DNA from: Camelus ferus
Lineage: Eukaryota
Length of the DNA stretch: 64,000 nt
Assembly: GCF_009834535.1 (NCBI RefSeq)
Contig: NC_045716.1
Span: 29,450,001 to 29,514,000 of the forward strand
Direction of reading: 5' to 3'
In this document: positions 1 through 36,090 of the stretch, piece by piece
How the letters are laid out: every line of letters begins with the position of its first letter
Position numbering within the stretch: position 1 is the first letter of the stretch
Program-made: the position numbers and the translations under genes
The notes under the pieces: model-generated
Seen by the model: the letters and a program-made list of their open reading frames with translations, nothing else
What the model was told of the DNA's origin: nothing
Databases searched by the model: none

Positions 1-1450
1 AGCCCGAAGCCGCCTGCTCCCATTTCAAAACAGCGATAATAATAGGGACGCTGGAATAACAACTACAGCCCACACCGCGAAAGCGCCCCTCCCGCGGGTC
101 AGAGGTCGGCACCCGAGCCCCCCGCAGCCCTCGTCGGCCTCTCAAGGCTGCCCGGGCCCCCTCAGGCTGCCCCTGCCCACCTCCGGCTCCGCAGCTCAGC
201 CCGGAGCCCACCCCCTGCCCCTCACGGATGCCCCGGGACCCCCAGGTTCCCAGGCCCACCCCGAGCGCCCCGTCGGCCCCTCGGGCCCCCCAGGCTCACC
301 GAAAGCCCACCCCGAAACCCCCTTCACCCCCTCAGGCTCGCCCGGAGCCCTCGGTCGGCCCTCCCGGCTCCCCCCCAGGCCCTCGAGCCCACGCGGACGT
401 CCCCGCCAGCCCCTCACGGCTGCCCGGGACCCCAGCCCCCAGGCCCGCGGGAGCGCGCCGCGCTGCTCTGCCCGTTGCGGGAGGCCTGCAGGCCGCAAGC
501 CGACCCACGACACGGCCCGCCCCGACCCCGCGCGGCCGCGGCTCTCACCAGCTCCGGCTCCGGCCCGCGGCTCAGCGGCGGCGTGCGGGCGAGGCCATGC
601 AGCCCCGGCCCGTCCCCGGCCCGCGGCCCGAGCGGGAAGGCGGTGCGGGCTCCAAGCGCCGGCGCGGCGGCGAGGCGGGCAGAGGCGAGCCCGCCCTCGG
701 GCGGCGCCGCGGCGGTCGAGCGCTCACTGAGGGGGCGTCGGGCCGCGCGCTCGGCGGCGCCTCCCCGCCTGGGGCCCTCGCTCCATCGCGCTCCGGCTCG
801 GGCGGCCTCTGGCTCCGGGACCCGGCGGCGGCTGCGGCGGCGCGGGCCGCATGAGACACTGCCGCCCATTGGCCCGCTGTATCCGGCACCGCCATTGGCC
901 CGCCGCGGTCGGGCACAAGGCTGCGCACGTCACGGCGTCGGGGAGGAAGTGCGCGCGAGGCCAAGGGAGACAGCGAGATTGACAGCTTATGGGACAGGCC
1001 GGGGCGGGACCAGAAGGACGTCCCGGGACGGATTGGACAAGGTCGTGCGTCCAGGCGCACGGGACGCTGGGGAAGCGGGCAACTTGTTTGGCTACTTGCG
1101 TCCCGGAGGGGGCGGGTCTTTCGTTCTCGGACGTGACGATTGGCCGTCCCATGTGCCGGAAGCGGGTCTGGTGCGGAAGGCGCTGGAAAGCTCGGTGTCG
1201 CGGGGTGGCCGCGGCGCCCGCTCTTCCAGAGGCGCGCCCGGCGAGGACCGGCCGCCGCCCTACCCGCTGCTCCGCAAAGCGCGGGTCGTTAGCTGGGCTT
1301 GGGCGGTAGGTGCTCTGTCCACTCACACCGAGTCCGTCCTGCGCTGGGTGCACCTGCCGCTGGTCCAGGGGCGCTCAACCGCCATCCGCCACCAGGTCAC
1401 CTCTCAGACCTGCTTCTTTAAGGGAAACGGGAGCCTAAGACGCCCCACTC
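1..1450. promoter_or_regulatory. ANKRD11 CpG-island promoter
   Basis: Very high CpG/GC content. CCAAT boxes (ATTGG near 868, 894, 1032, 1139), ETS GGAAGT near 945, CRE/E-box-like ACGTCAC near 928. Confidence 0.75.
549..865 (-). other. ANKRD11: ANKRD11 non-coding exon 1 (5'UTR); intron 1 runs off the window start
   Basis: Minus-strand donor CTG|GTGAGA at 549/548 inside a CpG island divergent from SPG7. The gene name rests on known synteny (ANKRD11-SPG7-RPL13-CPNE7). TSS position approximate. Confidence 0.7.
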
Positions 1451-1966
1451 ACGGGGCGGCCAGGGAGCTTAACCGGGCGTGTCTCGTCGGGAACTGGAAG
1501 GGGGCTCTCACACCTCTAGGCAGCCAGATTTTGCTCTCCGCCCCCCCCCACGTCACGCAACGCCCCTGGATGAGGGGACACCTGACATTACAGCCAACGC
1601 GTGGCTGACGAGCGTCCCAGAAGAGATGACCCAAGGGTTCCCCTATTTGCCACCGTAAGAATTACCCGGTGATGTTAAAATTTCAGACCGCAGACTCCAC
1701 ACTAACTGACTGTATCAATCTAGCTGGGAGAGAACTAGGAATTAGCATTTTTTATTTTGGTCCCTGACAATACTCATCCTTGGGAACTTTTTAAAAACAC
1801 TGACCTTAGCCAAATAGGGAATTTAAAATAGGAAATATGAATAAAGAAGCAATTTGCCTTGAAATAATCTGAAAACATACTACGGCAAAAGCAAAGTGAA
1901 GTTCCACAAAATCAGAACCTACAGGTAAAAATGTACAGTAGAGAAAAGAAGTAAAGGAAGGGACTG

Positions 1967-2290
1967 AGTCATTTAATACATTAATTAAAGAATGTTTACT
2001 GAGCCTCTGCCATAGGCCAGGCACTCAGTCAGGCACTGGGACTGAACAGGAACAGCAGGTCCAGTCCAGCAGCACGTGACTTCTCATCAGGCAGGGAAAA
2101 CACATGTCCACCAAGTAGCCACACCAGTACAGTAATTACAAGCTGTGACAAGTGCTTTGAAAAAGAAGTATAGGGAGTTACGAAAGAATCCTGAGTGAAA
2201 ATCAGATCTAGTCTGGAGGAGGTGGCTTGCAAGTTTCCCTGCGATATTGACACATAAGGCCCTGCCAGAAGGTTGAGGAAGAGCCACTAG
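1967..2290 (-). mobile_element. L2 LINE 3' fragment
   Basis: Resembles the L2 end: TCATT...AATGTTTACTGAGCCTCTGCCATAGGCCAGGCACT. Confidence 0.55.
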
Positions 2291-2312
2291 TAAGACGTGA
2301 GAACATCCTGGT

Positions 2313-2550
2313 CTGCTGTCCCAAGGGGTAGCCCCTCGCCAAATATGACAAGTACCAGAAATGTGGCAAGTCCAGATTGATGTATGCTGTGAATATAAAA
2401 TACTGGAGTTCGAAGACTTAGTATGAAGAAGAAAAGAATGTAAAATGTTTCACAAGTAAATGTTTTGTACTTACTGCATGTGGAAATGGTAGTACTTTAG
2501 AAAATTACATTAAATAAATGTCAAATAATAAAAAGGAAGCCTGTTTTCCT
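2313..2550 (-). mobile_element. MER33-like hAT-Charlie DNA transposon
   Basis: CTGCTGTCC...GAAATGTGGCAAGTCC...TTCGAAGACTTAGTA matches recalled MER33 reverse complement. Confidence 0.6.
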
Positions 2551-4316
2551 TCCTGCAGTTACCTGGGTCCACCCCTAGATTCTGATTCAGGAGCTGTGGA
2601 GTGAGACCCAGAGCAGGCACGCAGGTGGTCCATGGGCCACATTCCATCTCCAGGGCATCCCCAGCCCAGTCAGGAAGGCCTGGCCCTGACACTGCCTGTG
2701 TTCAGACATTCTCTCCAATACTGCTCAGTGATCGAGTTCATAACAGCCCACCCAAAGCTCCTGGATTCACCTCGGAAACATTTGTTCAGGGCCTACTATT
2801 TCCCCAGCACTGACTTGGGAGCTGTGCACTTAGCCACGAACACAACCAAGTTCCTGCCAAAGGCACTCATGCTCCAGCATGTATGTGTCCCTGGAACCAA
2901 TAGAAGCTAATTGCCAACTACACATAAGCCACTGGTGACCTGGTGGTGCTGGACGCCCTCTCAGAGAAGAAACGAAGCATCATACCTCGTTCTGCCTCTG
3001 GGCAACAAAGGCACTGGAGGCCTCTGCAGGACTGCTGCCCGGCCAGGGCTGCTGTGCCTGCTGGGGCTCCTCTCTCCCTTGCAGAATGGCCAGAGGTCAC
3101 TGCAGAGAGGGAGGCAGCCCAGCCACCTTGCTTCCTCCTACTCCCTCTTGTACACAAGCAGCAGAAGTGGCCTGAGCAAGCCCACAGTCTGGCCCCTCCC
3201 TCCATCCTCCTCCCTGGGGGCCCTGTGATAAGCACTGACATCTGGGTTTGGGCTGGGCCAGCCCAGCCTCAGCCCTTTGCTCAACCCCAGCTCACCAGCG
3301 TTCTCAGCATTAGAATTTGGAACCCAAGCTTGTCTCACAACAAATTATCATGAGCTTTGCTTTCCAGTTACCGTCTTCTGTGGTACGTTGTCCCCCAAAC
3401 CTTGAGGGGAGGAGCAACTGTTGCACAAAGCAGGATTTAGATATTCCTGGGGCCCCGACGTTGAGACCACCAAAAACACCCCTTCAGTTTTTAAAACTCT
3501 ATACTCAGTACTTTTCCTGTAGCCCTACCAGTTTTGATATCATTTTAAAATCAAAATAAATAATGTATTCTTTCCTTTAATCGATTTATCACAAATCCAA
3601 CTAGGAGGATTGAGAGTAAAAGTAAGTCTTCTTAAGACTTTTTTTCTAGTAAGGCTGTCCCCCTCTTGCACAGTGTGTTTTATGTAATAAATTTCAGCCT
3701 GCAGAGAGCAGGGGGCCAGCTCAGTTGGGAGGTGAACTGGTACTCATTCAGCAAATGATTGGAAGCCTGCTGTGTGCTGGAGAGCCTTACAGCCCAGGCA
3801 AAACACAGAAACCTCTTAGCACTTTCACAGTCCAGACAGGACTTGAAGCACCAGCCTGTGGTGATATAACTGGTGTATAAAATGCCAGAAGATTTGATGG
3901 GTGGCCACATTCAGCAAATGACATGACATCCACCTGCAGCCCCTCTCCTTGGGTTTGTGAAGGAGCCACAGCCTTACCTTCAGGTAGTCTGTGCTCCTCA
4001 CCATCCCTGGAAAGCAGCCCTTAGGGATACGCAGCCCTCTGGCTGGTGCCAGTTCTGCAAGCAACTACAATGCTTATTTTCCAGGATGGTAAATTCAGAA
4101 CTTGTTACTAATGCTGAATTCAGTAAAGACTTCATATTAAAAACAAATTCCCCAAATTGTTCCTTGGTACTCAAAGATGTCTCAGCTAGAGAAGTGCCCA
4201 TGAGAAATAATCTCAAATCTAAGTTCCCTTGGTAAATGTATGGCACTCATAGGTATCTTTGGTAAAAAAAAATAATTCTAATTACATCAGAAATTGCCAT
4301 GTTTGACTTGGACCAC

Positions 4317-4615
4317 CAGTTCTCAAAGTGAGGTCCAAGGAGCACTGGGGGGGCCCCAAGACCTCTCATGGAGTCCAGAAAAGTCACACTATCTCCCTGA
4401 CCCTGCTAGGAGGTTTCTCTCTGTTTCACACTGTCTCCTCCCAAGAGCACGTGCGTGATGTAGGATGACGTCGTCCCTCTGACAGCTGAGTGTGCGTTCT
4501 TGTGATTCAGACATTTCTCCATTTCAGTATGAACATGGTAAATATCAGTGGACACAACTTACAGAAGCAAAAGCTCTGTGGTATCCTACAGAGAACCTAC
4601 ATATTTTAAGGCTTA
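4317..4615 (+). mobile_element. hAT-Charlie (Charlie1-like) DNA transposon remnant
   Basis: CAGTTCTCAAAGTGAGGTCC start and ATGGTAAATATC...CAAAAGCTCT internal motif. Confidence 0.45.
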
Positions 4616-4824
4616 GCCAGTGCCAAGAGCAGTGCAGCTGTGAACATACCACAGCTGCCCTGACCAAGCACCATCAGCATGGAGGTCAAGCCCCAGAGAA
4701 TATAAAAACATTTTAAGATAATGCATGACGTGTGTTGAATACGTAAGCAGTAAGATCAGGACTGTAGACTTGGGGGTGGGTCTGCACTCAGCCTCCTGCA
4801 GACAAACCCCCACAATACACTGTC

Positions 4825-5030
4825 ATTGAGAGGACAGACTCAAGACCAGACTGTCTGAGTTCACACCCCAACTTTGCCGCTGGGGCAAGGTATTCACCAC
4901 TCAGGACCTCGGTTTCCCCATCTGCAGTGGGGAATGAGCACATACCTGGCAGGATTCTTAGGAAGAATAACACAGCCAAGATGGTTAGAATGGCATCCGC
5001 ATGGTAGTAGACACGTGTTAACCATAACTG
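4825..5030 (+). mobile_element. MIR SINE
   Basis: MIR core CCTCGGTTTCCCCATCTGCAGTGGGGA. Confidence 0.6.
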
Positions 5031-7129
5031 CGAACAGAAGGAAACACTACGTTAGTGCTGCAATGTCTTTTCATAGTTTTTTTCAGTAGCTACCTGTCAT
5101 CAAGCTTCAGTTATTGAATACCTAGTGGGAGCAAGCCCCCAGCAGAGCACGAGAGGGTGGCGGTGTAGGTGAGCCTGATGGAGGTGGGGACAGACGAGGG
5201 TGGGGCTGGGGCTGCCGGCAAGGGTGGGGCTCCGGGAGCCCTGTGGTCTGGAAGACTGAGTCCTGTGTCACCAGACGGGGAGACGGGTGCAGGACAACAG
5301 GGAGGGATGGGGAGAGGTTGGGTCCCACAGAAGCGGAGGGAGTCTAGGGGACAGTGAAAGGCAGCATGTGAGGAAGGGGCTCATGAGCCTGAAGGTGGCC
5401 CTGGGGCTGTCCTGCACGTCACTTGTGCACCTGGTGATGGGTCTGCTGTGGCAGACATGCCCTGGCCAGGCCGGGGCTGCAGGAGCCAGGACATTGGACA
5501 CCCAGCTCTTCCCGAGAACTGCCCCCTTCCTGCTTCCTGGGGTCCTGGTCCAGAGACAGTGCTCCAGGCATGCACATAACTTGTATGGCGCAGGATCCTG
5601 GAGACAGCATCCTGGGATCCCAGCTTTACTTTGCAACTTCAAAAAGTATTCAGAAAATGAAAGGAAAGAATTCACATGAGTTAATGGAGGGTCCTGGGCT
5701 GCACCCGGGTTCCAGCATTGAAAGCTCTGAACCATCTCCCACCTGAGCTGTCCAGCCAGGCCAGCCTGTCCCTATCCACCCCTACAGGTGCTCCAGTTCC
5801 TCCCTTCTGCCAGTGGAGATGGATTGTAAATATAGTCCACGAGATTTGTCTTATTTTGTTTATTTTGTTTAAGAAAAGGTAACCTCGTATAGGACTGCCT
5901 TACAGCTCAAGTAATAAATAAACTGTCAAGTGAAATAAAACATAAAGCAGCAGAAACAGGGAAGGCGAAACTCAGACTGAGTGCTTTGATTTGAGGCCTG
6001 AATGAATCGAAGTATCCTTCTGTCTCCAAATAGTCTCTAACTTGACCTGACCAGCTCTCGTGCCTCCTCCAACCAGGGCAGCCCACGAACTCCAGAAACA
6101 CAGGACCCTCTGAGGGAAGGTGCTGATCGCGCTGCAGGGAGACCCTGGTGCCCAGCCACACCTGCTGGAATGTGTCTTTTTCCAAGGATCCATGGCAGGA
6201 GGGGGGCTTAAGTGAGCCGCGGCTCAAATTCTACATAGAAGTGGCCACCTCTTCCTCTGTCAAATTGACCCTGTCCATTACATGAAAAGGAGGCAGTGCC
6301 TGAAAGCCTCATTCATTCCCCTTAGATCTGAGCCTGGTGGCCACTGCCCCCGGGCCTGCCTGTCCCCGTGCTCAGCCCTCATACCCTGGGCTGGGTCTGG
6401 GCCTCCAGCCACTGAGATAAACTGGAAGCTACCCAGGCTAACCAGTGCCTCCTGGAGCCCAGCCCCTCTCATCCCCCGCCTCCACCCAGGCAGGCTCTCC
6501 CATTTCCCTCCTCCATTCGCCCTGGAGTCCATTCCCCGTGAAGTAGTCAGAACGATGCTTTTAAAGCAGACCAGTTGGTTCCAGTCTCAAAATCCCCCAC
6601 ACCCTCCAGCATAGCGGCAGGCACCTCTGGGCTCTGCAGCCCCGGCCTGACCCCAGCCCTGCCTCTTCCCTCCTCCAACCCAGCCCCAGCCATCTTCAGA
6701 CCCGCACACTCTGGCCTTCACCCTCCCTTCACTCCTGCCCTAAAACTCCCTTCCAAAATAGCAAACTTTATGTTATGTCTGTTTTACTGCAACTTTTTAA
6801 ACGTGCCCTTCTCTGCAAAGCCTCCCCAGTCACCTCATCGCAGGCTCTGTCTGTCTCCGAGGACACTCACCACGTGACTTGTGCGCTTGGTTTACTGTTG
6901 TTTCTCTCCAGTCACCAGAGCGTCATTTTGTTCACTGCTGCGTCCTCAGCACCAAGGATACAGACATGCAATAAGTGTCTATGTAAAGACAATTCCAGTT
7001 CATCCCACAAAAATCTCCTTTTCACTCCAGTTCCTTCATTCTCTGCAGGTGCTTTGGGGGCCTCTCACCAGTCCCAGCTCTGGTGTGTCTTTCCCCATCC
7101 TCTGCATTTTTCATTACTTCTTGCGACCT

Positions 7130-7247
7130 GTTTTTACCCTCTCCTCTCCCCTTCCCTTCCCCCATTGCGTTCCCTCACAGAGGCACTGGATGGAACCCAG
7201 GACCTTCCAGATGTGAAGCACACGCTCTACCACTGGGCTATACCCCC
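7130..7247 (-). mobile_element. tRNA-derived camelid (vic-1-like) SINE
   Basis: Reverse complement GGGGGTATAGCCCAGTGGTAGAGCG...GGTCCTGGGTTCCATCC with A and B boxes. Confidence 0.75.
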
Positions 7248-8289
7248 GTGTCCCCGTCTTTCTCCTTTTGTTCTGCACTACGAAACATGGAGAATGGGCT
7301 AGCAACCCCGAGTCTGAGGGCACAGGACAGGAGCTGGAGGGAGGCAACTTTTCCTCAGCGGGCTAGCAGGAAGGCAGAGGCATCTGCGGACACTGGCCCA
7401 TCATCATGTCTTTCCCCTGGGCTGCTGCTGCTGTACACATTCCACGTGGCTCCTGGGAGCGTCTAGAGGCAGGCCCACCACGGACTTGCTGGTGAAACAG
7501 TCACATTATGGATCCAGAACCAGCCAGCCAGTGAGTGCTCTGTGTCTTAACAGGAAAGGCACAAAGGCTGGGGACTGTCCTCCTTCAGGGAGACCATGTG
7601 TGCTCTGTCCAACCAGAAATGGAGCCCCGTTGCTGACAATGGCTAGCGGCATATTATGGGATGCATCATCTGGTCTCTGGCTACATCCTGGAGACTAGTG
7701 AACAGAGCAACCTGTTGACTCCAGGGCACATTCACGGGAAGCTCCCAGAAGGTCAGACACAGACAAATGAATCCTTTCTTCTTCCCTTATCATTCACCTA
7801 ACAAGTGACCTGAGGAACCAGAGAGGTACAGGTTGTAAACTGGACATCCAGACACGGTCCCTCTTTCCTGGTAGCTGAACCCAGACAAGGCTTCTGAACC
7901 AATACTGGGGCATGGAGGAGAAACCTTGGTGTCTGGCTGTGGCTCCCCAGTGGCTAATGGACCTGGAGAGGCAAACCCCAACTTGGATGGTCTGAAAGAC
8001 CACTGTAAACATGCACTGTGAGAATGAGGTTGGCCCAGGATAAGGGTGTGAAGGCGGGTCCCACTTCCAGTAACTGGATCTGGGGACGCAAACCAGACTG
8101 TGCAGAGGCTCACCTGCAGCCTCTGTCTCTCGGCTTTGTGGCCCCACCCCCTCCAACCACAGCGGGGAGGGCGCTGCAGCACTGCTGATGCTTGTTTCTG
8201 CTCCTTGACCCCAAGGCAAGGTCCCCTCCCTGCCTTCAAACACAAGTCCTAAGGAAGGCCTGTGGGGCTGACGCTCCTGTTCCTGAACC

Positions 8290-8746
8290 AGCCAGTGTGG
8301 CGATCAGTGACTCCATGAAGGGCTAGGACCACGTGATGGGGCACTGAGGAATCGAGGGGACCAGCTTTGCTGAGCAGATCTGAACAGCAGACTTCTCTGA
8401 TCATCACTGTGGTCAGCAGCCTCAAAGCTGGCTGTCCGTGACCCCTGCCCCCTAGAATTAGCACCTGTGGGTTGTTCCTGCCAAATGGTACCACGTCATG
8501 TGAGTGGCCTATGGAGTGGCATGTGATGAGGAGCTGCCTGCTGTCTCCCGCCAGCAGCACCTTGGAAGCCTGGCAAGTTTCAAAAGACTACAACCCCACC
8601 TCTGTGCACCCAGGTGGGTGAGAGGCTGAGCCAGAACTAGCCAGCCAACCTCCTGACCCTCAGAAACCGTGAGGGAATTAACACTAGCTGTTCTAACCTG
8701 CTAAGTTTTAGGCTAGTTTGTTCCATAGCAATCGACAGCTGATAAA
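8290..8746 (+). mobile_element. MLT1 (ERVL-MaLR) solo LTR remnant
   Basis: 3' end CTGCTAAGTTTTAGGCTAGTTTGTTCCATAGCAATCGACAGCTGATA typical of MLT1. 5' boundary approximate. Confidence 0.55.
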
Positions 8747-9457
8747 GTCAACAGAGCCAGTGGTTACATGAAGGAATTTAGGAAGAAGCAAATAATTATT
8801 TAATTTTTAATAGGAAAGCCTAGATCTTAAACCCAAAAGATCAACTTCTGTCCCTAGACTGCAGGAGTATGATTCCTACTTTACAGCTGAGATGACTGAT
8901 GGGAGAGCAGCTGGCCTGGAGTCCTCAGCTGACCACGCGGGAACAAGAGCTGCGGGACCCAGCGTGGAGCTGTGGGGACCCACGAGGACTCACACTCTGC
9001 CCCTCCTCCCTGCCCACCGGTGGTGCAAAGGGCAGCCCTCCCAGCCTCCCTGGTCATGCTCGGCACCCTGGTGTCAGGGTGGCAGTCCACTGACCTAGGC
9101 GGTCACCATGAGTGGGTCTGAGTCATGGGAGGCCATGTCGAACCATCCTGATGTACAGAGCTCAGAGGAGAGGAAGACGTAAACAGAAATCACAGTACAG
9201 AAGGAACTGAGGGCAGGGGACGGGAGTGGCTGCAAGGACCATGGAACTCCTGCTTCTTACATGGGGCCCAGAGGAGGCAGGTCTGGTGTACTGCCCCCAG
9301 GCCCTTCTCTCCGGGAGGCTTGAATCCTCTAACCAAACCGGAGGCCACAGCAGAGGTGAGGCTCTGAGTCAGGCCCACCTCTCACCTGAGGCCCGGGACA
9401 CAGCCAGCCTTCAGAGCGCAGTTGTTAAATAAATGGGTTTGGACAAACAATTGACCT

Positions 9458-9590
9458 GGGGAGGGAGGGTATAGCTCAAGGGGTTCAATCCCCAGTACCT
9501 CCTCCAAGAAAAAACAAATAAACTCAATTACTTTCCCCCACCAGGAAAAAAAAAAAAAAAAAAAGAAAAGGAGAGAAAAGAAAAGAAGAT
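9458..9590 (+). mobile_element. vic-1-like SINE with internal deletion
   Basis: GGGAGGGTATAGCTCAAG joined directly to GGGTTCAATCCCCAGTACCTCC, followed by AT-rich tail and poly(A). Confidence 0.75.
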
Positions 9591-9669
9591 TGTATCCCCA
9601 GAACCTCACTTCCCAGGACATCCTGCATGTGAAAGGCTTCCCCACTGACAAGCTGCTTTCAGACTTTCA

Positions 9670-9815
9670 TTGCATTTTACAACTCCATGGGGCCCCCGGG
9701 GCTGCTATCAGCCTCATTTTGCTGACAGCTTTATCCCCATTTTCCTGAGGAGAAAACTGAGGCCTGGAGAAGGTAAACACTTGCCCAAGGTCAGAGACTC
9801 AGAAGGACTGGAGGC
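9670..9815 (-). mobile_element. MIR SINE
   Basis: CCCATTTTCCTGAGGAGAAAACTGAGGC...ACTTGCCCAAGGTCA. Confidence 0.65.
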
Positions 9816-10429
9816 TGCGTTCTTCCTCCAGAGCCTGCCCCGCCGCCACCCTGCACTGCTTCCAGGGCAATCGCCAATAACACTTCTATTTCAAACTGTG
9901 TTAACAGGATAGATCTTACCCTCTTCCCAAACACATTCAAACTTGTGAGAGGCTGAGTCACAAAGCCTGCTGGCAGGGTGATGAAGGGGCAGGGGTGGGG
10001 GTGGGGCTCGGTCACTTCCTGTCAGGTCGGCATTGCACCAGCTTTGATCGGGTGCAAGGGTGCGAGAAACCACTCTCGGAAGCCTGGTCATGGTCACGGG
10101 ACTGGTCTGGGAACAGCGGAAGGCGGAATGTGGGTGGGACAGTTTAACCAGGGGGAAAAACAGTGAAGGAGGAGACTGGGGAGGATGGACTGTGGACAGA
10201 GCGTGAGAAAGGCAGGCAGCCCCACCGTGCCGGTCAGGGCGGGCCCCTCCACAACCAACTGCACATGAGAACCTGGTGGCTGGGGTTGAGGAATAATAAT
10301 CAGGACACCACTTAAAAAACAGTCCCCAAACCTTTCTAGCTTCAGGAGTGACGGGAAGGACGTGTGATTTATCCATCATACATGTGCCTCCTATAACATA
10401 CAAGGCCATCACCTGGAGAACACAGGCCC

Positions 10430-10630
10430 CAAAGTCAGTCAGGCCAGTTCTGAAACTGTGCCGTCACTTTTTAGCTGTGATCTTGGGGCTGTGAGATCAA
10501 GCTGTTCCCAGTCTGCTTCCTTATCCATAAAATAGATGCAAAAGCATTTACTTTGCAGACTTGTGAAGATTCCAAGAGTGTCTAGGGTACAGAGCCAGGC
10601 ACTAGGCAGCACTCAGGCTGGTTACTGTTT
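10430..10630 (+). mobile_element. MIR SINE
   Basis: AGCTGTGATCTTGGG...TTCCTTATCCATAAAATAG. Confidence 0.5.
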
Positions 10631-11585
10631 AATGATTCCTCTTTAGGAGTTTGGGGAAGGCATAAAAGCACAGGAAAAAACTTGTCACCATAACCCTACT
10701 TCTGTGAGACAATTAGCAGCCTGAGACCTAAGCATTCAAGTACCAGACCCCAGGTGGGCTGGGACAGAGTCGGGGGACGGCCTGGGCCCAGGAATAAAAC
10801 AACAGACTCTCCCCTTCACCCAGGGACAGCCAGTGGACGAGGCCTCCTGGGCCTTGACCGTGGTCACCAGGGCTGCGCACTTCCAGAGTGAGTCTGCCTG
10901 TCTCCAGAAGAAAACAACAGTCCAGGAGACGGTTGGCTCTCCAGAGTGAAGCATCTGAGGACAGAAAACGCCAGCCGCCTGCGAGGGGGCGCTCAGACCC
11001 TCCTCCCGACGCTCTCGTTCTGACCCTGAGTCCCTCCTCATCCTCTCCGAGCACAGGACTCTCCAGGCACCACCCGGGCGGACGCTGCGGCCCGAGGCCA
11101 GCCAGGAGGAGCCTGCCCGTTGGCAGCACCCTCCTCGAGCCAAGACGGGGCCAGGGTCAGGGTCCGAGTCCGAGGTCGGAGAACAGGAGTACGGGTCCTT
11201 GAGTCGGGGTCAGGGTCCGGTTCCGGGTCCAGGTAGGATTCCGGGTCAGGGCCGCGGTCGCGCCCCGCCGTCTGCGCACGCTCCGCGCCCCAGGGCCTCC
11301 CTCCTCGCCTCCGCAGTCCCCGGACCCCCTGCGCCAAGTCCTCCGGGCAGCGGCGGCCCGGAGCAGGGTCCCGAGGTCCTCCCTCCCGGGCCCGCCAGGC
11401 TGCATGTTAACTCGCGGCGCTCCGCACCGGGTGGCACCTCAAACCGCTAGAGAGGCCCACCTGGGTGCAATAAGCCAGCCGGCAGCGCACCCCCGGGACC
11501 CGGGCGCGGGGCCGAGGCCCCTACGCCGCACCGCGCAGGCGCCCCAAGGCGGCCCCGACCGCGCAGGCGCCGCTTCCGGGTCAAC

Positions 11586-34957
<23,372 letters not shown>

Positions 34958-35657
34958 CGGGCCTGCTTGCCTGTGGCCTGGGGACATGGGCGGGGTGGTG
35001 GATGGGCCTGAGATCTATTTACTGAGTTCCCTGCCTGTGAGGAGTAAACAGACCGTAGTGCAGAGATGGTTTCATCTGTGTGTGTGGGTTGTCCTCGCCC
35101 GTGGGAGGGTCTTCTGGGCTTGGTATGGGTGTGCGTGGAGTGGTCCCCCAGCTCCCAGGCTTGTGACACTGGTCTCGTGGGTGCCGGGCACCTCCCAGCC
35201 CGTGACTCAGTCAGAATGCTAGCAGGACCTGCCTGAAAGGACCCTCTGAACTGATGGTTGCCCGTCCTCTGCTGGGCCCTGTCCAGGGCTTATGTGTCAG
35301 AAGGGTCACAGTCGGACCGACATTGGATCTGGAGGACTAAAGCACCGCCACCTGCTTCCGTGCGGATGGGCGCACCTGAGGACTGTGACTGCGTTGAAAA
35401 ATTCTGTGAGCGGAGGGCCTGTATGTCCTGCGTGGTCAACTCTGCTCCAGAGGCTGTTGGGCTTGTCCTGTGTTTGCAGTGCATAATGTCAGCTATCTGG
35501 TGACCAGTCAGGAGGGGAGGAACAGACAGATGCAGTCCACTGCTTCACACTGGGCTCCTTGCCTGGCAGAGTGGATGCAGCGTGGCCTGACCGTAGCTTC
35601 CGGAACTCCGCATCTGAGGTGTGAGGGCTCCTCCTTCAGACAGACATGAGTTCTCTA

Positions 35658-35663
35658 AGTAAA
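35658..35663 (+). terminator. Probable SPG7 poly(A) signal (variant AGTAAA); another AGTAAA at 35043-35048
   Basis: No canonical AATAAA seen in ~1 kb after the stop codon; position resembles the recalled end of the human 3'UTR. Confidence 0.4.
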
Positions 35664-35722
35664 CGTATATTTAACATAATCAGAGCCTCAGGGGAATATT
35701 AGAGAGTACTGAAAGCGTTAAT

Positions 35723-35842
35723 TTACAGTTCTTGGTTTTTGGGGGAGGGGAGGCAGGTGACTTGGTTTTTAGAGGCAGTGCTGAGGATTGAGCCCAGGAC
35801 CTTGTGCACGCGTAGCTATACCCTCCCCGACTTACAGTTCTT
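35723..35842 (-). mobile_element. vic-1-like SINE with internal deletion and 11-bp TSD
   Basis: TSD TTACAGTTCTT at 35723-35733 and 35832-35842; TAGCTATACCCTCCCC head and B box. Confidence 0.8.
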
Positions 35843-35909
35843 AAATTATAATACAGATTGTTCTCCACTCTGATCTATGCTCAAGTAAACGTGATTTTTT
35901 TGTTATGCT

Positions 35910-36090
35910 TTTTTAAATTTTATTTTTTAATTTGTTGTTGAGATGCCGTGTATTAGTTTCAGGTGTACAACACGACTGGTATTGAGAAGATCACCACAGT
36001 TGGTTAACATCTGTCACCACACAGTTACAGAAGTTTTTCTTGTGATGAGAACTTTTAAGATCCGTTCTCTAGGCAACTTTCAAATAAGAC
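35910..36090 (-). mobile_element. L1 3' end (L1MA9/MB-like)
   Basis: Poly(T), then TTAGTTTCAGGTGTACAAC...TTGTGATGAGAACTTTTAAGATC. Confidence 0.65.

Noticed and set aside
196-1608. Long ORFs over the ANKRD11 CpG island (up to 377 aa)
   Set aside because: Low stop density in GC-rich DNA; Pro/Arg/Gly/Ala low-complexity translations with no recognisable domain
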